A stretch of DNA of 63,800 bases, the filler included, from an uncultured bacterium (lineage in GTDB: Bacteria > Auribacterota > CAZIXI01), in NCBI GenBank assembly GCA_964543115.1. It is 3 parts of 3 records of this genome, joined end to end, with 100 filler letters (N's around TTAATTAATTAA, not from the genome) between each part and the next. Parts side by side here need not be neighbours in the genome. Positions count along the whole stretch, not along the records: positions 1 to 22,437 come from CAZIXI010000025.1; 2 more parts are not named here. The stretch is one strand, 5' to 3'. The position numbers were made by a program, and so were the translations under genes. Positions 1 through 9,805 of this stretch are shown here, in pieces; the first letter of the stretch is position 1; every line of letters begins with the position of its first letter. The notes below the pieces were generated by a model that saw only the letters and a program-made list of their open reading frames with translations, did no database searches and was not told where the DNA came from.

Positions 1-3000
1 TACCTGCGCAGGGAACTGACTCCGGAAGAATATGAATTGGTGCGGAAGCACCGGCAGGAGGGAAGTGAAGAGAAGTTGCGCAGGGATGCCAAAACCTTTA
101 TTGGCCGCCGCGTCGGCGCCTATGGTTTTTTACGGAGGATGAAAGCGCGGTTTGTCAGTGATCTGGAAAGGAATTATCGGTTTGCCCAAATTCCCGCTGT
201 TTCTGAAGAGGAAGTAGAGGCGGGAGACGAGTCTTTTGCCGTTGGTTCTCAGACGTTAACGAAGAGTATGCTTGTGCAGTGGGGGCTGGCGAGGTTTGAT
301 GATGATTTCCCCTGGGATAAGCTGGTAGAGGAGATTGGCCGGCTGGTTGACGCCGGGAAAGGAGAAGATTCCTTAAAGAATGTGATGATGGATCTGGCTG
401 AGAGAAAACAGCAAATGGCTGATGGTGAAGTAGAACCCGATCTTGATTCTGATCTTGACCGGATATTGTTTTTCAATCTTACCTTTATTTCTTGGCGGCG
501 GTATGAAGAGATGCTCTCCGAGAGTAAAAAACGGAAAATCCCGGAGCTGCTCTTTCGTGAAGAGTTGAGTTTTGAATTCCCGGCGGAGGAGAAGACGAAT
601 CAGATTAGTTTAATTCCGACTACCAAGCTGGTTGATCACTTACGGTTTATGGTGCCGGATGAGGATCGTTACGGGGACCGGATGTTTTATCAGGATTATC
701 TGCTTCTCAATATCAAGGTTAACGGGATAGTGGAAGGGAAGGTGGGACTGCTGCGGGTTAGAGATGCCGATGGTAATTATGGATTGCTGCTGGATGTTCT
801 GCGGCCGGGAATGACGGCAGAAATGAACCTGCCGAAGTTTATCCGCGCGCTGGAGCAGTCGTTCGCGAAAGTTGTGACAGACCTGGATTATCGTTATTAT
901 TTTACCGCTGATAGCGAAGCGGGTTCTTTTCTTATTCTATCTCAGAATATGCATCTTTACCGTTTCTTCCGCCAGCTGCATAGATATGATTTTAATAAAC
1001 GGGAAAAATTGGCTTTGGGCGAGCTCGAGGAGCTAAAAGAAAAGCTGCGGGGAGAATTGACAGAGCCGGAAAAAATAGCGGTTTATCGGGAGCTTTTTAA
1101 AAGGTTAACGGTGATCAGGGATATCTTGTCGGAAGGAGAGGTTAATCTTTATGAAGAGATATTTGCTCTAGTCCAGGAACAGAATGTTTTGCCGGCTGAA
1201 GAGAAACAGGATCAATTTCTGACATTGTTAAACCGCAGATTTGTTTCCTTAAATCAACCGTTGTCCCGGGCGCCGAAGGTGGTGTTTAAGAACCTGAGTG
1301 AGAAAGACAGGGCGCAGGCGCAAAAGCGCCTGGCGGAGCTGGCGGAATTGGAAGAGTATGTTTTTTCTGTTCCGGGTGCGGATGCGGATGATCCGTTTCA
1401 CGAACGGGAACATTGGGAACGGATCAAACGTAAGGCAGCCTGGAACGAAAGATTGTCCTGGAAAGACAATCGTTTGCGTGAACGGCTGGAGGCCAGAAGG
1501 GATGTGGACACAAAACCACTGCCATGGCAGAAGATCGTTCTGCGGCGTTATTTTATTGCCCAACAGCGGTTGCTGGGAAAGTGCGAGGAGGATTGGGATC
1601 TGGAAGAGAGGATAAATAAGTTTTCCTACGAGACCTGGCCGGCGGCAGATACGCCGAAAGGATTAGCCCTGCGCCTTGCTTATCAGGTGGTAGAGATTTA
1701 CAATGAAACATTGGCCCGCCGGGCCTATCTGGCCAGTGTGCGGGGCAAGGATGAAGAGGAACAGAGTATCTATCTGCCGCCTTATCTGGCTGATGACCGC
1801 TGGGCGGATGCGCGGGGACAGGCGTTAGTTGAATATATTTTTCGTGATCTATTGGGGAAAGATGATTTGCGGGGCTTTAAATACAGTGATTTTAAACGGT
1901 TGTTTAAAGAAAATTTACTGACAAAATTCTGGGAGAATGTGTTTCATGGCAATAGTTTCCGGGTAGCGGAAGCGCTCTTTCCCGGGCAGTATCATGAAGA
2001 TATGTCGCCCAGGAATCTGACAGAAGAGGATATTAAGGAATTTATCACCGGCTGGCTGGAACTGGTTCCCGGGCGGAGCTGCCGAGTAGCGGATAAACGC
2101 TGGGATGTGGAATTGGATCCTAACCAGGGTGTGCTGTTATGGGAATCTGAATATCCGGAGCCAATGAAGCCGGTGCCGGTGGCTGTTTACCAGAAGAGGG
2201 ATCTCTTAAATGGCGCGCTGAAACTGGAGCCGGATGATATCGCCCGGGCGGATATTATTGATTACTATTATGGCCTGCCGGTAGTGCCAGTGGCGCGACG
2301 GGCGCTAAAGATAGATGAGGCGGGCAAGGAAGGCCGGATTTCCATTAGTTTTCGCGGCCGGCGGATTGATAAGTTGGCTACTAATAATATCAAGGAAGGT
2401 GAACCGGTGGTATTGCGCCTGGAAGAAGACATTAATCAGGGAGTGGTACTAAATATCTATCAGCTCGGACCGGATGGTAGAGAGTATCCGGATTGCCAGT
2501 ATCTTTACAGTGAAAAATATGAAGCGGCGGTAATGGTTAACCTGGCCTGGCAGAATATCTTTGATTATTATTTTGGTCGGAGGCGGATCGAGGTAGAGGA
2601 ATCACCGATAACAATCGAGGTGCCCCTGGGCAAGCCGGCAGGTTATCGTAATGAAGAGATACCTTTGGCGGAGATTATCTCTTCAACAATTAGAGAGACA
2701 GGTGATTCCTTGATCCTTGCCCTGGAGCGGGACGGAAATTTTGGTACGGTGCTCAATGTCTATTCCCGGAGTAATTATTATGATGATTCGTTGGTGCGTT
2801 ATCCGTTGCAGACATTTCTTTTTGCTTCTGAAAAGAAGGCAGTTCCGCTGGACACCCGTTACCAGGCGCTTATCGGTTATCTGGAAGATGAGAGTATGGA
2901 ATTAGCACCCTATTTTTCCTGGGGGAAAACGGTGGATGATCAGGGAGAATTTGCCCTTAATGGCGAATGGGTATTGCGCGGACTTGACGATCTGGCCGGA

Positions 3001-6000
3001 GAAGAGATTGCTGTTATTCCGGAAAAGGATCATTACGGCCGGCGGATGTTTATGATTCATCGGCTGGCTGCCTATCTGGCGGAACCAAAGCGTCATCACG
3101 ATTATGCCTTTCGTTATGCCAGCGGCCGGCTGATACCGTTGCAGGAATATTTCGAGGACAAGGCGGAAAGAGAGGCCTACGAAAGGTTATTCTATGAGGA
3201 TCAGGGATTAGCGCTGCTGGCGGAAAAACCGCTGGCCCAGGTGAAATACGTGCTTTTGCGCCAGCCAGAAGGATACAGCCGTTTCCTGGATCCCCAGAGT
3301 AAATATTGTCTGGAAGATGTTACGATTACCGAAGAAGATCTGGTTACTGAGTTTACGGATAGTATCTTTAAACGGTTTTATCGTAATCGTTCCGTTAATT
3401 ATCCGGAGTTGGGCAGATTGACGGACTTCTTAGTTGAGTTTAAAGGGATACTGGCTAAGGGGGCGGAGGCGGCACGGGAACTGGAAGATGTTTTAGCTGC
3501 TATTGACCTTAACCATTTCTGGCAGGAAGTAGTGGCGCCGGAAAATGATGGAGAGCGGGAAGTGAAGATCGAAGAATTCCGGGAATTAGTGTCCCTGATT
3601 GTGGATTTCGGCCGGCAGACCAGTACTGACGAGTTGGTTCAGCGGGCCTATCAGCGTTTTCAGCGGGTATTGGAAACAATGATTATTTTCCTGGACAATG
3701 AGGCCACGCGCAGATTGCTGAAGGCCGAGATGTGGCGGGAGGTCCGGGTTTATCAGTGGGTGGGAGTGATTACCCTGATGGAACTATGGCGGGAGCAAGA
3801 GGCCTGGCCGAAGAACCTGACCAAGATTATGGGGGACGGGACCGGAATCGGTAAGACGGTACAGGCGCTCTTGATTATTATTTATCTTTCTCTTATCCAG
3901 CCGGAAAAACCAGCGACTGTATTAATTTTTACGCCTAATTCTAATGTGGGTAATTTCGAGGATATTATCGATAACTGGCTGAATAAAGCGGAATGTGAAC
4001 GGCGGGGAATTAGAGTCCAGGCTTCCAATTATGAAAAGTTACGCGTGGATTTTCGCGCCCTGGCCAAGTTTCATCACAAGCTAAATAGTGAGCAGGCAGT
4101 GAACGCGAGTGATCTGGACCATCATCTTATTCAAGTGCTTAATTTGTTGGAAGAAAATTTAACCATCGTTCTCAATCGAACCAAAATTGCCAGGAAACTG
4201 CATGTTGTTTTTGGCCGGACCCAGAAAAGATTCAAGAAGAGCGTGCATGTGCGTGACCGGATAGAAAATAAAAAAGAGATTATCCGGAAGTATCTCGACA
4301 TATTTTATGAGGAATTGGAACAGGAATTTGCTGACAGGCTGCCGACGCAGAAAGAGCATAAAGAGTCATTATATGATGCCCTGCAGGAACGGCTAGGCTT
4401 GATCTTTAATGATAAGGTTTATAGTGAATATCAGCAGATAGCAAGAGAATTGCGCCCGGATATGATTATTCTCGATGAATCGCATCGCTACCGTAATGAT
4501 GATACGCTGGAAGGATACAGCTTGGACGCCCTTAGCTGCCGGCACCGGTTGTTGATGACCGGTACGCCGCTGGTTGGCCGTGATCCGGATAAGCTGCAGA
4601 AACAACTGGAATGGTTGTGGCAGGATGATCCGGAAAAACTGACAGCAGTGGCGGAGGCCTATGCCCAGGGGGCCAGCAGAAAGCCCGGGAAAAAATTCGA
4701 AAAATGTCTGCGCCTTAATCAGTTATTGCTCAGGGATATGATTCGGCGCGAGATCCGCGATGTGATGGAAGTGCCGGCGGAAAATATTCATCCGCCGGAT
4801 GTGGTAGATCTGCCCGGAGGGCAGGGGGAACTGGCGAAATTGATTGAGCGGCGGAGTGACCGGGAGATTGTTACCCGGGATAAACTGACGGATTTTCGGC
4901 TTAAACAGGCCTTTAATAATGGAATTGCCAATGCCGCTGATCCGGTAATCTTCCTTTATACAATATTAAAAGGAGTTGCCAAAAGGAATAAAGATAAGCA
5001 ACTGGAGAATTTTATTAAGGATAACCGCTATCCGCTGTGGGTGCTGGATGAATTTGAAAAGAGAGGTTATCAGGTAACTCCGGAAGAAGCGGATATTATT
5101 GCCAAAGTGAAACAGTATCTGGAGGAAGGCAATGTCTCGGTCAAGGAAGAGATCGTCCGGCAGAGAATAATGGAGGAACTCAATACCATCCGGCTTTTTG
5201 ATCTGGACGGAGAACCGGTGCCGGATGAGGAAGGAGGCCAGAAGGTCTTAACCGGCAGGGGGGAATATATTAATCAGTGGGTGTTAACAGTCAATAGTCC
5301 CCGGGGCGGTATAGTGAACCTCCGGCTGGCCCTGGGCCGGGATGAGTTTGACCGCCCGCGATTAATCTGTGCCGGTGTTGTTGATGTTGAGGAAGGGGAG
5401 ATAAAGAGGACAAGGGATTTGAGTAAGGTAACGGTAAAGGCGTTAGAGCAATTTTTTGGTACTGCTGATTCTCATCCGGCAGAAGGAGCGCTTTTTAATA
5501 AGGATTATTTTAGCCCGCGGAGCAGAGGTAACAATAGCTTTACTCTTTATGGTAATAGATTTAAGGTCACGACGATGGTCAAGGGAACAGCCCGGCAGTT
5601 TGAGTTGGAGATTCCACAGGAAGCGCGGGAATTACTGCGCGGAGTGAGGATTGGTGACGGCCCGCTCTGGGGTGATGTGCGATTACGCTACCTTTCTCGG
5701 AACAGGATCCAGATTGATGACGGGCAGATGGTGGATGTAGGCAGCCGCCGGCTGGCGTATGAAGGAAAGGATTATCAGATTAAATTTAACAATTCTGTCT
5801 TCCTCTCCCAGTTTAAGTATATGACCAGGAAAATCCAGCGCTGGCTGCGAGATAATGGTATCTTGCTTACCTATATTACCGGAGATATAGCGCTGGGTAA
5901 AAGGCAGCCGGAGAATGATAAGTTCCGGAAAGAAGAAGAAAGGCGGGTTTTTGTCGGTACGTTTGATACCTGTTGTGAGGTGATTAATATCCTGCCGGAA

Positions 6001-9000
6001 AAGAAAAAGAATTATAATTTTGATGTTAACAAACTTCATCTATATGACCTGGACTGGTTCTCGCTCGATCAGGTTATTGGCCGGCTCATCCGCTTTGACC
6101 AATTGAGTGAGGTGGATATTTACACTTATCTGGCGGCGATTGTGGCTGACCAGCATTCCTACGACCTGCAGCTGGAAAGGGACCATATCTTTTCTGTTAT
6201 TGTGGAGGGCCGGAAAATAGAGGAGTATATTGAGGAATACGATGATTATTTTGCCAAGGTGCGGGCGCAGGCCAACTGCCGGATTATCCTGCGTAATCTG
6301 GAGAAGTACCTGGCGGAAAACTCTCTGGAAGTGATCAAGGATAGTTTTACTGATCAATTGAGCCTGGTTGCCGATAATATCCGCAATCTGCCGGAGTATA
6401 CCAGAAGCGTGGCCCTGCAGTTGCGTTTTCTTGTTCAGCTGATTGCCAAGCAAGGCGTTTATCTCTCTTCCCGGCCGCGGGTCTGCCTGGACAGCCGGCT
6501 GCCGCTTCTCAATGAAACTGTTTTAACGGTGCTGCGTTCGCTTTTTGAAGGTTCCCCGGTAGATGTCTGGCCGGTAGAGATTCAGGAACTGTTCTCATAT
6601 CTAAAAAGCGAAAAGGGCGAGCGAAGCTCGTCCCTGAGCAGTGAGCAGGATAGTAATTCCCAGGAGTTGATTTTTAGTGATGTGGTTTCTGAGGTTAGTG
6701 ATGAACAGGCCACCAAGCTGTTAGCTGAATACAACCGTATTCTCTGCCGGGCGGGTAATCTTGTCTTGCGGCTGCCGGGTGAGATTCCCGCTGACTTTGC
6801 TGAGGTTGTGGGTAAGCTGGGATTTGAAATAGTGGTAACCGAACCACTGCAATTGCCGGAAGATGTTATCCGGGCGGCCTACCGGGGTAAGGTGACGGAA
6901 AGTGTTTTAAACAGCGTAGAAGAGGATTTAACAGGGTATTCACTGTGCATCTTAAAGAAGAAATTTGATTTTAGGAAAAAGGAACTGGGATTGGATGGCG
7001 ACCAGGATGACCCGGAGCGTGTTGAGAAATATCTGGCGGAAGAGGTTGGTTCGCTGGTTTTTACTGGAGGCGAGCCGCTGGAGATGCCGGAAGGGTTAAG
7101 GGCGGATTTAAGCAAGATGAATTATGTCCGGATAACCACTGTGCACTTGCGGGATATGCTGGCCTCTCTGGGTAAACGCCTGCGGTCAAAACGGGCACGG
7201 AAACTGGAAAAAAAGACGCAGAAGCAGGATCGGGACTTGGTGCGGAAACAGTTAAAAGCGCGCGCCAAAGCCGGCCGGCCGGTGCTGGCGCTGGTGCTGG
7301 ATGTTGATGACACCCTGGCGGTGAAAGGGAAGGGGAACAATATGCCGCCGGATATAGCGGATAAATTAAACGAAATATTGCGGCGTTCAGCATTGCTTCA
7401 TGAACACGGGCTGTTAAAGGCGCCGTTACACATATTCTTTAATACCGGGATTACTATCGCGCAGATGGAAGAAAGGGTGATTCCATTTATTAAAAAAGAA
7501 TACCGGGACAGAATACACTTTTCTACCCGCGAGGGTTCGCAGTCCTTTGGTTTTAAGCTAAAAAAATGGCCGAGTGGTCGGCTGACTATTAAACGAAATG
7601 ATTATTATTCAGCCGGCGGTCTACCGTTAACGCTGCAAAAGATTTATCGGGAAGTGATTCTACCGCTGGCCCAGACGCAGGGGTTGAAACCGCAGCCTTA
7701 TTGGTTCGGCCGCAAGACCAGCTGGCATCGGATGAAATTTATTTTTAAGCAATTGAAGGGGCAATCGGAAGCGGTGTTATCGCCTATCGCCCGGGAGATA
7801 GAAGAGCAATTCCGGGAAAAAGAAAAAGAGCATTACCAGCGGCTGTTGCGGACCCGGAACCTTATTAATGAGGTTTTACTCAGCGCGGCGAATGAAGAGG
7901 TTATTGAAAAGCGGCTCCGTGACAGTAAGGAATTAATTGGTTATCTTTTCGATTCTGACGAGGAAATGGAGAGATTTATTGCTAAGGGTGTGAAAAAGTG
8001 TTTAAAAAAGGAAGTGACTCTCTTAAGGGAGCTTATCAATTATTATATTAATGGTCACTGGGATTTAAGCACCAGTGTGATTAGTTACGTGCCCAAGGGG
8101 ATTCCGACATTGCATGTTAGCCCCTACAGCAAATCATTCTCGATTAAGCGGTTTATCGCTGAAGAGCGTATTCCGGGTTTAACGGAAGAGAATTTTATCT
8201 ACGCGGCCGATGAGTTCCGGCGTTTTGGTAATGATGAAAATATTGCCCATAATTTCCCCGAGGCCCTGCTGTTGTCAGTGGCGGAAGCGGCAACGGAATT
8301 AGAAGACCGGGTAGTGGAAATGAACCGCCGGTATCTTGATGGCAGCCGGGAGATTCTCGATGGGGTATTGGATTGGCTGACGAACGAGGCGCGGGACCTG
8401 CCGGAATCTATTCCCCTGGAGGTGCCGCCGGCCCTGCTGGAGCTGGCCAAACGGCTGGTACCGCTGTTATTGGAAAATATTGATCCCGGTTTGATTGCCG
8501 CTTCTCTGCCTAAAGAAGGTAGCTGGGATGAGGATAAATTTACTCAAGCCGAACTCTTAGAAATGATAGAGGGAGATGAATCCGGTATTATTGCCAGTTC
8601 TTTCCTGGATATTCTCTTAGAAAAAATGGACTTAGATTCATTGTTCCGGATTATCCCGCAGCTAGATAGTTTGGAATTATCCCCGGAAGAAAAAGAGCTG
8701 ATTATTTCCCGGCAGAAAGAGCGGCTGGCCAAATTGCAGATAGATGAGATTAACGAGCAGCTGGATGCCACGCCGGATATTAATTTGGGTGCCAGTATTT
8801 TCCGTTACCGGCACTGGAAACAGATCGGGGTAGTGGCGCAGGACTTTACCAATGTCTGTTTGTTGATAGATGTTGCCTATGTGGATGATGATCCTTTGCT
8901 GCAGGAAGCGGTAAAAGCCTTGCGGGCGATAGCCGGCCTGAATGTGCTGATTGTTTGGACCAGCGATACCTTGGATGATGCCGCTGAAATCAAGGAATGG

Positions 9001-9219
9001 CTGAATTTAGTAGATGAAGAGCTGTTCCGCGACGGTGATCCCGCGGCGGTTAACGGTGATCTGCTGGAATTGCCGGAAGAAAACGCGGAACAACTCAATC
9101 AGCAGGGGGTTTCTGTTATTGCTTTAGCGGAACTTTTTGAGCTGACCTCGCTGGCTGAGGCCCTGCCCAACGGAATAGGTCAGGTAGCAGTGGAGGAAGA
9201 GGTGGAGACGGGAGTGTAA
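1..9219 (+). CDS. Giant multidomain protein (5'-partial, >3,070 aa): SNF2-family helicase/ATPase, class I methyltransferase-like segment, HAD-IIB phosphatase
   Basis: Frame 1 is open from base 1 (YLRRELTPEEYELVRK), so the track start at 37 is not the true start. SNF2 motifs: MGDGTGIGKT (I, ~3829), ILDESH (II, ~4474), MTGTP (III), MIRREIRDV (IV), VFVGTFDTCCEVINI (V), QVIGRLIRFDQ (VI, ~6070). HAD motifs: LDVDDT (~7297), FNTG, K in SKSFSIK, ADEFRRFGND. Confidence 0.85.
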   Translation, partial: YLRRELTPEEYELVRKHRQEGSEEKLRRDAKTFIGRRVGAYGFLRRMKARFVSDLERNYRFAQIPAVSEEEVEAGDESFAVGSQTLTKSMLVQWGLARFDDDFPWDKLVEEIGRLVDAGKGEDSLKNVMMDLAERKQQMADGEVEPDLDSDLDRILFFNLTFISWRRYEEMLSESKKRKIPELLFREELSFEFPAEEKTNQISLIPTTKLVDHLRFMVPDEDRYGDRMFYQDYLLLNIKVNGIVEGKVGLLRVRDADGNYGLLLDVLRPGMTAEMNLPKFIRALEQSFAKVVTDLDYRYYFTADSEAGSFLILSQNMHLYRFFRQLHRYDFNKREKLALGELEELKEKLRGELTEPEKIAVYRELFKRLTVIRDILSEGEVNLYEEIFALVQEQNVLPAEEKQDQFLTLLNRRFVSLNQPLSRAPKVVFKNLSEKDRAQAQKRLAELAELEEYVFSVPGADADDPFHEREHWERIKRKAAWNERLSWKDNRLRERLEARRDVDTKPLPWQKIVLRRYFIAQQRLLGKCEEDWDLEERINKFSYETWPAADTPKGLALRLAYQVVEIYNETLARRAYLASVRGKDEEEQSIYLPPYLADDRWADARGQALVEYIFRDLLGKDDLRGFKYSDFKRLFKENLLTKFWENVFHGNSFRVAEALFPGQYHEDMSPRNLTEEDIKEFITGWLELVPGRSCRVADKRWDVELDPNQGVLLWESEYPEPMKPVPVAVYQKRDLLNGALKLEPDDIARADIIDYYYGLPVVPVARRALKIDEAGKEGRISISFRGRRIDKLATNNIKEGEPVVLRLEEDINQGVVLNIYQLGPDGREYPDCQYLYSEKYEAAVMVNLAWQNIFDYYFGRRRIEVEESPITIEVPLGKPAGYRNEEIPLAEIISSTIRETGDSLILALERDGNFGTVLNVYSRSNYYDDSLVRYPLQTFLFASEKKAVPLDTRYQALIGYLEDESMELAPYFSWGKTVDDQGEFALNGEWVLRGLDDLAGEEIAVIPEKDHYGRRMFMIHRLAAYLAEPKRHHDYAFRYASGRLIPLQEYFEDKAEREAYERLFYEDQGLALLAEKPLAQVKYVLLRQPEGYSRFLDPQSKYCLEDVTITEEDLVTEFTDSIFKRFYRNRSVNYPELGRLTDFLVEFKGILAKGAEAARELEDVLAAIDLNHFWQEVVAPENDGEREVKIEEFRELVSLIVDFGRQTSTDELVQRAYQRFQRVLETMIIFLDNEATRRLLKAEMWREVRVYQWVGVITLMELWREQEAWPKNLTKIMGDGTGIGKTVQALLIIIYLSLIQPEKPATVLIFTPNSNVGNFEDIIDNWLNKAECERRGIRVQASNYEKLRVDFRALAKFHHKLNSEQAVNASDLDHHLIQVLNLLEENLTIVLNRTKIARKLHVVFGRTQKRFKKSVHVRDRIENKKEIIRKYLDIFYEELEQEFADRLPTQKEHKESLYDALQERLGLIFNDKVYSEYQQIARELRPDMIILDESHRYRNDDTLEGYSLDALSCRHRLLMTGTPLVGRDPDKLQKQLEWLWQDDPEKLTAVAEAYAQGASRKPGKKFEKCLRLNQLLLRDMIRREIRDVMEVPAENIHPPDVVDLPGGQGELAKLIERRSDREIVTRDKLTDFRLKQAFNNGIANAADPVIFLYTILKGVAKRNKDKQLENFIKDNRYPLWVLDEFEKRGYQVTPEEADIIAKVKQYLEEGNVSVKEEIVRQRIMEELNTIRLFDLDGEPVPDEEGGQKVLTGRGEYINQWVLTVNSPRGGIVNLRLALGRDEFDRPRLICAGVVDVEEGEIKRTRDLSKVTVKALEQFFGTADSHPAEGALFNKDYFSPRSRGNNSFTLYGNRFKVTTMVKGTARQFELEIPQEARELLRGVRIGDGPLWGDVRLRYLSRNRIQIDDGQMVDVGSRRLAYEGKDYQIKFNNSVFLSQFKYMTRKIQRWLRDNGILLTYITGDIALGKRQPENDKFRKEEERRVFVGTFDTCCEVINILPEKKKNYNFDVNKLHLYDLDWFSLDQVIGRLIRFDQLSEVDIYTYLAAIVADQHSYDLQLERDHIFSVIVEGRKIEEYIEEYDDYFAKVRAQANCRIILRNLEKYLAENSLEVIKDSFTDQLSLVADNIRNLPEYTRSVALQLRFLVQLIAKQGVYLSSRPRVCLDSRLPLLNETVLTVLRSLFEGSPVDVWPVEIQELFSYLKSEKGERSSSLSSEQDSNSQELIFSDVVSEVSDEQATKLLAEYNRILCRAGNLVLRLPGEIPADFAEVVGKLGFEIVVTEPLQLPEDVIRAAYRGKVTESVLNSVEEDLTGYSLCILKKKFDFRKKELGLDGDQDDPERVEKYLAEEVGSLVFTGGEPLEMPEGLRADLSKMNYVRITTVHLRDMLASLGKRLRSKRARKLEKKTQKQDRDLVRKQLKARAKAGRPVLALVLDVDDTLAVKGKGNNMPPDIADKLNEILRRSALLHEHGLLKAPLHIFFNTGITIAQMEERVIPFIKKEYRDRIHFSTREGSQSFGFKLKKWPSGRLTIKRNDYYSAGGLPLTLQKIYREVILPLAQTQGLKPQPYWFGRKTSWHRMKFIFKQLKGQSEAVLSPIAREIEEQFREKEKEHYQRLLRTRNLINEVLLSAANEEVIEKRLRDSKELIGYLFDSDEEMERFIAKGVKKCLKKEVTLLRELINYYINGHWDLSTSVISYVPKGIPTLHVSPYSKSFSIKRFIAEERIPGLTEENFIYAADEFRRFGNDENIAHNFPEALLLSVAEAATELEDRVVEMNRRYLDGSREILDGVLDWLTNEARDLPESIPLEVPPALLELAKRLVPLLLENIDPGLIAASLPKEGSWDEDKFTQAELLEMIEGDESGIIASSFLDILLEKMDLDSLFRIIPQLDSLELSPEEKELIISRQKERLAKLQIDEINEQLDATPDINLGASIFRYRHWKQIGVVAQDFTNVCLLIDVAYVDDDPLLQEAVKALRAIAGLNVLIVWTSDTLDDAAEIKEWLNLVDEELFRDGDPAAVNGDLLELPEENAEQLNQQGVSVIALAELFELTSLAEALPNGIGQVAVEEEVETGV

Positions 9220-9271
9220 CGTTTCACGACGGAAGAGGCAAAAGGCTAGAAAATATAAATATATCTTTTTT

Positions 9272-9310
9272 AACGCAGAGGCCGCAGAGCAATCGCAGAG
9301 AGCGCGGAAA
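9272..9310. repeat. Short intergenic CGCAGAG repeat cluster
   Basis: CGCAGAG at 9274, 9283 and 9294, plus degenerate CGCGGAA at 9303. Confidence 0.7.
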
Positions 9311-9322
9311 AATTCAATTAAT

Positions 9323-9805
9323 ATGAAAATATTATTGATAATTGTTGTAGGTTGTTTGTTTTGCAATTCATTGTTGTGGGCGCGTCAGCATGACGGTGTT
9401 GGCACTAGTGTTTTATCGCCAAGGACAAGCTTGAGTGGAAATTCCCTGGAAATGGAGTTGGAAAAAAGCTTGGATGTGCCGGCGGATATTAAGACTGATA
9501 TTCTGGTTGATATGCTGGATGAGGTTCTTTTGAGGTTTGTTGCTGAAGAAGAAATAAAATGCTGGAAGGAGGTGCGGCAGTTTACGTATTTTGATACGCC
9601 TGAGGATAGTTTGATGAGGCAGGGGATAACGTTACGGGTGGTGACGGGATTTTCGCCGGATGACGGGGATGGGGAAGGCCTATATAGATACGATTATAAA
9701 CTGGGAGAGAAAGGGACCGAGGCCCGCCGGGAGGGGAGTTACTGGTCAAATAGAGAGTTATCTTACGGCAGTTTAATCTTGCCCCCGCACAAGCGCTGGA
9801 AATAG
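9323..9805 (+). CDS. Signal peptide plus N-terminal half of a CYTH-like domain; frameshifted relative to the next ORF
   Basis: MKILLIIVVGCLFCNSLLWA signal peptide. CYTH-like EMELEK, TYFDTPEDSLMRQGITLRV and YKLG. The C-terminal CYTH motifs lie in frame 1 downstream. Confidence 0.7.
   Translation: MKILLIIVVGCLFCNSLLWARQHDGVGTSVLSPRTSLSGNSLEMELEKSLDVPADIKTDILVDMLDEVLLRFVAEEEIKCWKEVRQFTYFDTPEDSLMRQGITLRVVTGFSPDDGDGEGLYRYDYKLGEKGTEARREGSYWSNRELSYGSLILPPHKRWK

Noticed and set aside
9750..9790. Programmed -1 ribosomal frameshift signal
   Set aside because: No X_XXY_YYZ slippery site or clear stimulatory structure; an indel is the simpler explanation.
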